NCBI GenBank assembly: GCA_904063045.1 | Contig: CAJFCJ010000006.1 | Location: forward strand, 1,775,601 to 1,839,600 | DNA from: Dimorphilus gyrociliatus | Lineage: Eukaryota > Animalia > Annelida | Direction of reading: 5' to 3' | Length of the DNA: 64,000 nt | Shown: positions 1 through 12,058 of the stretch, piece after piece | Numbering within the stretch: the stretch's first letter is position 1 | How the letters are laid out: each line of letters opens with the position of its first letter | Notes under the pieces: generated by a model | Databases searched by the model: none | What the model was told of the DNA's origin: nothing | What the model saw: only the letters and a program-made list of their open reading frames with translations | Position numbers and translations under genes: made by a program

Positions 1-189
1 ATAAACCTTTTTCACTTCAAATCGTTTTCTTGGCCCTTTATCACTAGCGGTTCCAGGACCGGTAGAATTTTCTGTATCTACCTCCATCTGTGCGGCAGCC
101 ATTTTTCCCGGAAATAGTATATATAAGCGATAAACTGAGCGAAACCGCGATTATCGAATCGAATATATCGATTTCCGCTAACAACAAAT

Positions 190-2467
190 ATGGCGACATC
201 AGAGCAACTTGGTTACAACATGAGTTCTCTTCCAGATTTAGAAAAAAATGAACAAGGGTGTTCTATGCCTTTGGATAATAGAAGACAAGAGATGATCGAA
301 CAGGGACCGTCAATTTTTGACATGATTAAGGCTGGGTAGTTGTTTTTTTTTTATAAACACTTGTTTGATTAAAGAAATTGATTGATTTCTCGCCAAATAA
401 AAATCGTTGACTAAGCTTTTAATTTATCGCAGCTAATCCTATTAATGTTATAATATACCGATAGTAATTATAGTCTGGTGTCTTTTTCAGGCTGTTGGTC
501 CCTCTCCAAACTATGATTGAACATCTTGGGCCTGAAGTGTTGTCTAGACGCGATGAAAAGGGTCATACACCGGCACATTGGGCTTGTCTCGGGGGCCATA
601 CTGTTATTCTTAGACATTTAATTGACTGTAAGGCTCCGATAAATTTACCGAGTGAAGATGATCGAAAACAAAAGCCCATTCATTGGGCTTGTGTGAATGG
701 TCATATTCAAATTGTTGATATCTTGCTACAAGCCGGTGAAAGTATCGATGATACGGACGCAAAAGGGTGTACACCACTCATTGTATCTAGCCAATACGGG
801 CATACCGTTTTAGCTGGATACCTATTAGGCAAGGGAGCAAACAAAGACGCTGTAGATGTTGACGGAGATACAGCCCTTCATTGGGCGGCTTTTAAAGGCC
901 ATAACGAGCTCATGAGACTTTTAGTGTATTCAGGATTAAGCCCACATCATAGAGACAGTTATAATCAAACACCTCTACATTTATCCTGTATCAATGGAAA
1001 TTTAACTGCTGTTAAGGAATTGTGTGAAATGGACGAAGTAGAAATTAATATTGAAGATAAACACCAAAAAACTCCATTAATGTTGGCATTAGGTCGCAAA
1101 CATATGAATATTGTTAATTATTTGAAGGAACATGCTAAACAAAGAACCTCTTTCTTACCTCGGATCGATTTGAAGTAGGCTAAAATTAATATTGAGATAA
1201 CACACCCACATCGTTGATTAACGTAAACTTTGTTTTATCTTTTGTAGGTCTCTTGTTTTTGGACCTCCTGGCAATAGTAAATTCGCACTAGTATTTTTTA
1301 TAGTAAATGTATTATTCTGGGGGTATCCGATGTATCTCTTTAAGGTAAATTTTTTAAGATTTATATAAAGATTGCTTTTTTTTTTTTAAATTATCTTCCT
1401 TATTCATATCTCTCATCTGATTTTGATTTACCATTTTTAAGTGCCTACCTCACACATATTATGAAACTTCCGGCCTACATATACTCTTTTGGATTTTGAA
1501 TGTTATTATGTGGATCTGCCTTTACCATGCCAGTACTATTGATCCTGGTTTCCTTCCAAGAAATGTTCCAGAATACGATGAGGCTATAAAAAGAGTAGCT
1601 AGATTTATTGATTGGAAACAAGGGGAAAATCCTTTGAGCAGATTATGCCATACTTGTAGAACTGTGCGCCCATTAAGATCGAAACACTGCAGAGTTTGTA
1701 ATCGTTGCATTAAACATTTCGATCATCATTGCCCATATATTTATAATTGTGTGGGATATAATAATCGGTAAGTTCAATTTTGTTTTTATTCAAAAATCGT
1801 TATTTATAATCACTTGAAAAATTATTACTATCCTTAATATATGCAATTATACCTTCCCACCTACTTTTCGCCCTACTATTCCTCCTAGTCCTTATATATA
1901 TTTTTTTCATGCTACATGCTTAAGATAATTAGATAATTTTATCATTTTAACAATTATTAATCTATAATTCAAATTATAATTTGGTTAGCACAATAATAAA
2001 AATCATTTTTAATGCTTTTGTCTTTGACAAACTTTAGCGCTACGCTTTTTATATTTTATACTCTTTTTTTTTATTACTTTTTGAGATGTTTTCTTATATA
2101 AAAGAAAATACAATATACAAACAGGCATTGGTTTTGGTCATTTGTTACCACAATATCAATATGTTGCCTATTGACATTTTATTGGTGCTATTATCTTCTC
2201 GTTGAATTTGGATTTGATTGGTTAACTGTTATTGGCTTTATTGAGGCGATATTCTTTGGAACTATAGCACTTGTTGTATGGAATTGCACGGTTAGTTCAA
2301 AAAGAAAATATTAGTATGGTTAACAAAGCAAAAAGAATAATCAAAAGGTCTGATAATGAATAAAGAAAAGCAGTCTCCCATCTCCTCTATATAATTAGGG
2401 AAGGGAGTTGGGGATTTTTGACAAACTTTAACTAACAAGCAGTGTGTAGCATGAAAAATTATTTCTC

Positions 2468-2498
<31 letters not shown>

Positions 2499-2953
2499 AT
2501 GTATATACGTATATATATATATATATATATAATTTCTATTCTATATATGTATAAAATTTCTAATTTTTTTCTTTAGTTACTCAATTTTCGCACTCTGAAT
2601 AAGATCCATCAAATTTCACATCTATCCATAGAATATTTAGTAATTTATTCTCTTCTCTCACGTTTTGACAAACTAATCAACATATAAAAAATAAACACAC
2701 AGGAGATTAGAATTAAGTCTCTTTTATTTTAATAAATAAAATAAACAGAAAAACGCTGCTTGGTTTTTCAAGTTGTCTGCTAACTGGTGGGTTTTGCTGT
2801 CTTACATTCGATTTCATTATGTGGAGACGGGAGAATTGGATATTAAGACCTGATTATTTCTTAGCTATTTTTTTAACAATATTCGTTATGTGGGTCGCCG
2901 GTTTTATTTCTGTTAATACGGTATTTACATAAAATAATTGGCATTTTTATCTA

Positions 2954-2984
<31 letters not shown>

Positions 2985-3221
2985 AATATTAGTGACGCTG
3001 TAAGAAAGTATTCATTTTAAATTTATTTTCTGTAGATCTACCATATGGCTACAAATATAACAACCAATGAAAGAATTAATAAAAATCGTTACGAATACTT
3101 AAAAGATGGTAAAGGTAATTTTTATAACCCATATAATAGAGGATTCTTTAAGAATGTTCTAGAGTTCTTTCATCTTCGTACGTCTCTAAGTGAAAGGGAA
3201 ATTAAATTTCTGAATGTGTAA
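190..3221 (+). CDS. Ankyrin-repeat DHHC palmitoyltransferase (HIP14/ZDHHC13/17/Patsas-like), multi-exon
   Basis: Exons are about 190-335, 491-1174, 1248-1344, 1442-1767, then 2125-2290 OR 2749-2920, then 3036-3221, all GT-AG and frame-consistent. Contains ankyrin repeats (TPAHWACLGGH, TALHWAAFKGH, TPLHLSCINGN), the cysteine-rich domain CHTC...RSKHCRVCNRCIKHFDHHCPY, and the C-terminal TTNE and NPYNRG motifs. Confidence 0.93.
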
Positions 3222-3828
3222 CGAACACTATGTCATTTATAGGATTAATATATTTTTCTAATTTAGTTTAGTTTACTATAATTTTTAATGTCATAAATGA
3301 TGTATTTATGTACATATAGGTTTTCCTTATTTCTCACTTTTTTTCATACCAGTTTATTTTCCTGCTATTGTTTTAAAGCATCCAATTTTTGTTTGTTTGT
3401 TTTCTTTTGCTAATCTTTATATAAGTAAAATATTTATTACGTTTAGTTATGCCGTCGATAGTTTTTGTACAACTCATTATACAATTTATGAAATATGATG
3501 AGAAATTCAACAATTTTTTGTTAAGCTATTTTTATTAAGTAAATATACACCTTTTTTCGATATTATTTGTATTTTCCAGATGTTTTACTGATAATTTTGA
3601 TTTAAAGTCATTGTTTTTTTTTTTTTCAAAAGAAGTTTGTATTCTGTTACAATCTAAAGAAATATGAAAAACGTGTGCAAAACATGCATATACACGAACA
3701 TATTTGTTTCCTTTAACGAGTATATAAATTCAATACAAAGGATTATTGCTTGATAGAATTAAAAAAAAAGTTCATATGTGCCTTCTTTATCCTTTTGTAT
3801 AACCAGACGAAAAGGATTATTACTTGAA

Positions 3829-6800
3829 TTACTTGAATTCGTGCTCTGCTTCCGAAGCAGCTAAGGATAGTGATGGGAGTGGTAAGTCAAATCCATCTTT
3901 TCCGATTAGCCAATAAGTAGTCATATTGCCTTTTCCTTTAACCTCTCTTTGTCCTCTGCAAGCCAATTCAAAGCCACCAAGTTCGTCTAAAAGAATCTTT
4001 GCAGTCGATTCGCTCATATGAACTCGAAGCGCTATTTATAAATAATATATATTTAATTTCTTGCCTAAATTATTAATATCTATATTAATATTTTAAAAAT
4101 ACCCATTGAAGAAGACTCCATCCGACTAGCGGTATTAACTGTATCTCCGAATAGACAATATCGAGGCATTTTAAGTCCAACAACTCCGGCAACAACACTT
4201 CCTGTGTGGAAGTAATTATAAGAATCATAATGACAGAAATTAATTTTCAAATGTTACCTGAGTGCATGCCGACTCTCAATTGTAATGTTCTCTCGGTCAT
4301 GTGTCTTATCCTAAAAGAGCACATAGCAGACAGTAGATGTAATGACATGGTTGCAATTTCTCCTGCATGACGGTTCCCATTACGTTCGGGTAATCCAGAG
4401 ACAACCATGTCTTTAATAAATTTATGTAAAAAAAGAAATGTTAGAGCTATAATCTGATATAGCAAATAATAATATATTAGCGGCTTACAAGCATCTCCAA
4501 TTGTTTCCACTTTGTAGACGTCGTAATTGTCTAGTATAGCGTCGAAGCATGTGTATAAGTCATTTAATAAGTCAACAACTTGTAGCGGAGTACTATCACG
4601 AGCAATGGAAGTGAAACCAACAATATCACTGCAAATAATGTTAAATAAATTAAAAGAAAAACCATAGAAAAGTTAGTTTGTCCAACCTAAAAAAGATGGT
4701 AACCATTGCAAATGTTTCAGGTTCAACTGGTAATCCATTTTTAAGATTATCTGCAACCTGTTTAGGCAACATTTGACTGATGAGCTCTTCCGTTTTAGCT
4801 TTTTCAAGTTGTAATTCTTTCGTTCTTTCGGCGACAATCGATTCCAAGTTGGAAGAGTATCTCTCCAACTATATAATATTTAGATTGTAATTAGATACTA
4901 CTTGTAGACGAGATTGATGGCTATTATTATTCTGTACATACCATGCTGACCAGATTATCAATTAATTCCCCTCTAACTGGATTCATACTATTTAATTGAT
5001 GAAGTATTGATCTAAAATCCGCTCTTTCGCTAGGATTTTCCCTTAGAGTATTAGCTTTCAACTAAAATAAACAAACCTTATACAAAATACTTAATGAAAA
5101 ACTTGAATATTAGCAGAACTAACGTTCAGCAATGATTTTTTTACGCTGGCTTTATCTGGTAGGCTCTCAAGAAGAACAAGAGATCGAAAAAAGTCAATAG
5201 GTTGCTCATGCTTTGATGCAGTATTTAACCAATTCTCTTTTGCAGTTTTATTTTCAGGTAGGGTTCCGTTAGCCAAGGTGTCAATTATAGTATCGACTTC
5301 AAGATAGGCTAGTTCTAGTGCAAAAGGTCCATCTCTTAGACAAACTTCTTGCAGTAGAATACCAAACCTGAAAGTTGATAATCTACTGAAATGTCATTCT
5401 ATTATAATTTTTGTAATTTACGAGTAATAGTCTCCTTCTTTGGTTCCTTTTTTTACGTCATCAAGATATTTTACTTGCTTCAAAAGTTCAGGCGCTGTCC
5501 ACAAAAGCGCGTGTTTTGCTGACGCTATTTCCGATTTCCTTGCTGATCCAGTTCTATTAAATCTCATAGTTGGACAACCATAATCTAAAGTGTAACAACA
5601 CAGTAACAATTTGAAAATGATCGACTATTAATAAAATTCAATATACCGCTAATTTTACAAGTCCATCTATTGTCGATAAGACAATTTGATGATTTAAGTC
5701 TTCCGTGTGAACCGATGGCAGTTTTGTGGAGAGCATCCATACCTCTTGCAATATCCTTTAGGATGGAAAAGCGAAAATCCCAACCCAACTGAATACTATC
5801 GTTTGCTAAAATATCATCCAAAGCTCCCTTTTATAAATAGCATAATGGTAACATTTTACCTAGATTATAAATATTAATATGTTGCAGTATACCTTCCCCA
5901 TAATTTCTGTTAGAATAGCGCAGTTTGGACTAGTTAGACAAGCTCCGACAAATGAAATTAAATTCTTATGACGTAATTGCCTTAATTCAAGGATTTCGTA
6001 TTGGATTTCTTCAACCTTTAGAGTTCTGCACTTTTCGAAAAGCTAAATATCAAAAAATGTACAAATGACTTTTGTAAAAACTGTTAATATGATCAAGAAA
6101 AGTTGTAGATTACTTTAAAAAATGACTTATTTCCCTTCCAGATGACAATGTTGTTACTATGATCAACGTCTCCTTCAGAGAATTTCGACGTTCTTAAACT
6201 GTAGAGATTTTAAAAACAATGATAATAGAAAAATTGCTGCTATTATGTTTTCACTCTCTTTTCTTGTTTGCTTTTTTTTTTTACCTGGCATTACTCTGTA
6301 AATTAGAATACATTGAAAGGCTTCTCTTTGTCATACTGACTTCGGACCAATTAACGACCCATTCTTGATTTTTGAGCGCTGCTAGATAGGCTTGTCTTTT
6401 GCTTATCCATCTTGATAAAACAAACATTGCTGTTAATAGTATCAATCCACCAATTACTGTTGGTATAGTAATGGCGAGAAGTGATATGTGACATCTTGAG
6501 CCAATATATGTTGAAATGCATTGGCAGTTGTTTGGTGAAATACAGGATCCAGTTTCATTGTTACATCCATCCCTATTTAATTACAAATATATAAGCTTTT
6601 ATAATTTCAGCATGGCACTGGTAAGTTATTAAAATCAAATGATCTTACTCGCAAATAGCCTGGTCGCAATAAGTACCTTCCCAGCCTAAATCGCATTGAC
6701 AAATATTTGGAACGAAACAACGACCATTTTTGCAGTTGTGACAAAGAATATTACTGCAATCATTACCATAATAGCCCTTGGAACACTTACATTCACCTTG

Positions 6801-9800
6801 ATTGACGCATTCTCCAAATTCAAATTTGGTTACGTCCTCAATATCTGTTCTATTTCCTCCGCAACCCTGCAAACAGGTGAACGGAGCCATTACATATTCC
6901 GATTTAATCTCAGAGCCTCTCGGATCGCCTGTTTGAGATGGGCGGAGGACTATCTTTTGCAAATCTCTGCTCCACATTCCTCTTACTGATTGATATCTTC
7001 TCAAGTTCATAAAAGACTCATTTGCAATTGGAGTGAACATAGGATTCAGAAGGACTCCTTGTAAGTATAGCGGATAATATGCTTCAACCTCAATTTCCTT
7101 TTGATCTTCTGACTCTTCGTCGCTCAATGTAAAAAATCTTGATAGTTTGGCAGCCTGAACAAAATGGTTTATGTTAGGGATATAGTAAACTTTCAATAAA
7201 TATATTGATATGATATTTACTAAAGCAGGATGGGGATTTAATTCGGACGGAACACTACCATTGATTGATACTAATACTCCCAGAAATCCGGGTCTATTTC
7301 CATGTTTATTAAAACGTATATCTCCAGATAATCCGTCAAACTTAACATCTCTCATTTTAAGAGCTAGATATTCACCAGTAACAGTTTTTTGTTCATTTTG
7401 AATAATCGTAATTGCTCGGGCATATGCCATTACGGCATCATAACCAAGAACAAATCGTGAAGCAACCTTTAAATAATTAATAATAATTAAGAAAAAATAT
7501 ATTATCAGATTATTACAAGCTCAGCAAAAATTTGAATTATAAAAAGTTCTACCTCTGGAAAAGTATACGTTGGGATTCCTCGGTAATTTATTCGATCAAC
7601 ATTGAAGTACTTTTTATATATTCTTAACAGATTGGGTTTCGTGAAACCTTCTAAATCCATGACAAAAGTAAATAATACAGCTCCATTGAAACCAACTATA
7701 CAATAGGGTTGCTGTTTAAAAAAAGCCAAAGTTATCGTCTTTAGATATTACTCATTAATAAAGCTTTTATCTTAAGTACAATTTGACATATTGGAGGTTC
7801 GTTACTAAAGGGAAATGCCCAAGCATTTGTTCCACTAAAGATCCATTGGAAACCATGCAGTCCATCAACTTTGTATCTAATTTGAATAAGATAATATTAA
7901 CAATAATATAAATAGGGTTATTTTCGACGAATAGATATTAAACTCTTACGTGATAGCAGATCTCATAACGAAGTACATTGCTGGAGGAGGAACAAGCATA
8001 TATATAAGTGTAGTTCCAGCGTTTCTCACTCTCTCCATGGTACTTTTAAGTACTTCATCTTTCCACTGCACGAAGTCTGCAGTTGTTATTTCAGGTATAA
8101 AAACCTTTTAGGTGAAAGAATACTACAATAAAAGGGAATAAGAAGTTTTAATATTGATATATACTTGATCTGAAATAATAATTCCGTGTAACTTTGCTTT
8201 ATTAAAAAATGTCTTTGACAAATCCATTGAAGTAGATCTAACAAGAACAATTTTGTTCCATTTCCTTCCCTTCATAGCTAGGAAAATACTTTGAAAAATA
8301 ACATCCTCATGATAGGAAATTCTATTATAATAAGGGTAAAGAGTTTTATCGCTAAAGTCACTGCTTATGTCCGTTGTTGACAAAAGTGGCATTTGATCCG
8401 AATTTAAAGATGGAGTAAGTTTTATTGTAAGTTGATCCAAACCAAAGCCAATAATACCTAAGATCTTCTCATAAGGTTTTGATATACTATTTTCCGTCAT
8501 CTTCTGATAGAGTTTTATGGCAGTATTAACGTCTCTACTCGTATCGAAACTTTTCATTACCATCTTCCTACCAGGTAATAAGTCAGGGTAAAGTTTATCT
8601 CTCAGATCTTCTAATGCAAATCTTGCAAATGATTCTACGTGTGGTTGAAAATCCGAATACTTTCCGCTATGGAATAAATCAATAAACAAAGCAATATGAA
8701 ATTCATTGGTGACACTTATAATATTTGTCCATTCTGATTGAATAACTTGATTGGATAGTTTACTAGTTATTTCAAATGCCAATTGAACGGATTGTATAGG
8801 GGAACAAAACGATCCTTTAAATAAACCAATACCATTTAATGTTTTAAAAGATGCGTCCTTCGATATACAAGCAGTATTAGGCTTCTTAATAATTCGAACG
8901 TCCTGTAATTATTATTTATCAATTAAGTAAAGGTGATCTAGTTACGTTTATTGATTAATTGATCTATCAACAGTAGAACTTCATTCACCCTTTTCCGTGA
9001 AAGACATAAGGTAATTAACGAACGGAATTGACGTTTCTTTCGTAATGTGATAGCATCTTTTTTTATATCAAAGAACGCTTATATCTTGCATACTTAATTA
9101 ATTTTGCTATGATAAATATAAATAGTGACAAAAATATATAAACAAGATATAGGCTTACCAATTCAGAATCTGGACCAGAGAAAATACGCTTTCCTGATAA
9201 ATCTCTTACTTCTATTTGAGGAAGATTCGGTTCTAATTGGAGATTTGCTGAAATCTTAAAAGGAATTTCTTTCTTATTTAAAAGTTTTAAGGAAACGGCC
9301 TTTTGTGCTAAAATTTAAAAAAGTAATAAAATGGATTAGTTAATGATGGTGGGCAATTTTCAATTATATTTATTACCAGTAACTTTTATAGGCCTACTAA
9401 TCAGAACAGGAGGATCAGTTCCATAAGATTTGTTATAGCTAAATAGTTGAATACCGCTCTCCGTAAAGGTATAACTTGCTTTCAAGTCTTTATAGATGCG
9501 TGGTGACCTCCACCAAGGTTGCCTAGCCATAGTTACGGTTGCGTTTAACGTTAAGGACGAATGGACATCTAATATTCGAAGATCGTTAAAGTGTACAAGA
9601 CCGTTAACAGCTGGTTTTTTTGCAACACTATCAAATGTTAGCATATCCATTCTTATATCAGTACCAACCAAACGAGCATCGGTCGAATGGAGTAATTCCA
9701 TCCTATCTCCACTATAGAAGAACTTTTTATGTCGATGTGAAACGGATAAAATAATATGGGCGGTTGAATCTAAACCTGTTGTAACCCTATCACCAGCTTT

Positions 9801-11095
9801 ATCGACAATTTCCAATGTAAGAGAGAAATTTGTATTTGCAGTGATTGTTTGTGGGGGTTGTATCACCCAACGTAACGTATACGCTTCGGCTGTATTGTTT
9901 AGAGGGCATTATTGTATAAGGAATATACTTTGCTAAGTACATTTAAGTAATTACAAGTTGTTAGAAGTTCTATAAACATACCTGTTATGACAAAAGGGTT
10001 GGAAACTGCCGATACCGTTCCTCCTCCAGGAATATGGGCTATTACTTTTAACCTTCGTTTCGTAGGTGGGAGTAACCCTGCAGGATGAGTATGATAAACA
10101 TAATCGGTTATTATTTTTCCATTTATAGCTTTTGTTGGAATCAGAAAACTTCCCCCGCCTGGCACGCACTGAAAACTATCAGGAAGAAATGAAGAGTTAA
10201 ACATTAAAAGATTAAATATATTCAATAAAGAAATCCTATTAATTTAAGAAACTATATTAAACGGAAGTTAAATAATGAATGAAAGAGTAAAGACCATTTG
10301 AAAATAGGGTAATACTCTACAAAACATAATGAATGTAAAAATTTCATGGAATATTTTTCTATAAATGCTTTTATATAATTTATGTAAATAATTTATTGAA
10401 TATTCATCAGCTAGTTTATTTTATTATTATATAATAATATCAATAAGTTTGTATTTATCTTATTATATATGAAATGATAGTCAATTAACTTGTAATTGTT
10501 TAACCTATTTTTAATAATATTTTGATTGGAAAACTAATAAAGTCTAGTTAAATTTTTTCGTATCTTTAACATCAATAGATTTCTTAAGAATATCTTCTCT
10601 TTTAGATATTCTCTTTTGCTAAGGAAACACTTACTAAAAGAGATAGCGAGCCAATCGAAGTGGATAGTCAACGGGAGATGTTGATGTTTGAAAATGGGTC
10701 CATTGACAAGCTCTACCTCCACTGTTAACCCAATTGTCCACTGTTCCTGATTCTGGTATTGTTGCTATATTTATCTTTTAGTCAAATATGTTGAAATTTT
10801 AATTAAAATGCCAAAATATTCGGTATTTTTTTATATTCATAAACAAATATAAAACTTATTATTTAAAATGAAAAATAGTTACCTTGGCCGATGCTAACGA
10901 GCCATTGGTCACTCTATTTCCATCCTTGTACAAATAGGCAATGAATGGTTCACTGGTCAATTGATTCAGCGGGACACTATAGATTTTATTAGCATCACTT
11001 GGAATATTGACTGGAGGTGAAAAAACTGGATCCCATCTTATTTCAACTTGTTCGAGAGTCAAAGTGAAAAAGTTGATGAAAATTAATGTAAGCAT
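3829..11095 (-). CDS. Receptor-type (membrane) guanylyl cyclase with extended ectodomain, many exons
   Basis: Order of parts: signal-like N-terminus ([14 protein letters not shown]), ANF-receptor/periplasmic-binding-like domain (ORF 8123-8782), EGF-like repeats (ORF 6645-7430), TM segment ([22 protein letters not shown]), kinase-homology domain ([20 protein letters not shown]), dimerisation helix, and cyclase motifs [39 protein letters not shown] and [11 protein letters not shown]. Confidence 0.92.
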
Positions 11096-12058
11096 ATCAG
11101 CGATTGCTGTAAGATTGACGGACAGACCGTTTTATTCTCGACGCTAGGCGACGCCTATACTCTTTGTTACTCTATGTTTCTGTTTTTTCTTTCTTTCTAG
11201 CTCTCTCGACAGTCTCCGTCCCCTCTTTTATATTTCTTACTGAGTTTTTTATTATGCCTTTAGATGCTTTCATATGCAAATGATTTATAACTTTCCCCTA
11301 AAGTTTGTCAAAATTCTGAAATTTTCTCTCTCGGTAATTATACATTTATCATACATACTTTTAAATTGGAAATACTACGCTAATAATATCAAATTGCATT
11401 GTTGTCGAGAAGTATATTTGTTTCAATTACCGGTCCGAGGAACAGTTTGTCACATGTCTGAAAGTTGCACCTCATGTACTTAATTAATCAACAGGTACAC
11501 CTTCTCTTAATGAAGAATAATTAAGATACAACAAACTAAAGCCTCCCAGCTATAGACATGCAAACATAAAAAAAACATTTTGCGAAATATACAGTTATCT
11601 TCGACTAAAATGAAAAGTTTGGTGTCAGCTTAACTAAAATTTCCTCAGGGTTAATTTTCCTAAGCTTCACTACTGTGTGTGTAATTGTGTTCAATAAATT
11701 TACTCAACGCGTCTAACTATTACATTACTTGTTGACAGAGACATCCATCTAATGAATATTACTGATAGTTGGATGTTAGGCCTAAATAATTGTTTAACCC
11801 CTTTTCCCTTTTCTACGAAGATATCGCTCAATAAAATAAACAATATACTGTAAAGAGAATAGAAAAAAAAGATTGGATATATTATATGTACGAAAATACA
11901 GGATATACATATAAAAGCATGAATAATAAATGTTTATTATTAATAATAAAATGATTGACAATGTCTAAATAATTAATTTCAAGTAATATATGTGTATACG
12001 TTAGAAAGATTAATATATCTATAAAAAACTAATCAAGTTGAGAGAGATTGTCCTTCAC

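Noticed and set aside
8998-9045. TGAAAGACAT in a guanylyl cyclase intron matches the first 10 nt of miR-71
   Set aside because: The rest of the mature sequence diverges, and the flanking DNA gives only a poorly paired hairpin. No miR-2 cluster follows.
9951-10169. Alternative-frame 72-aa ORF overlapping a guanylyl cyclase exon
   Set aside because: Splice phases support the other frame ([11 protein letters not shown]...).
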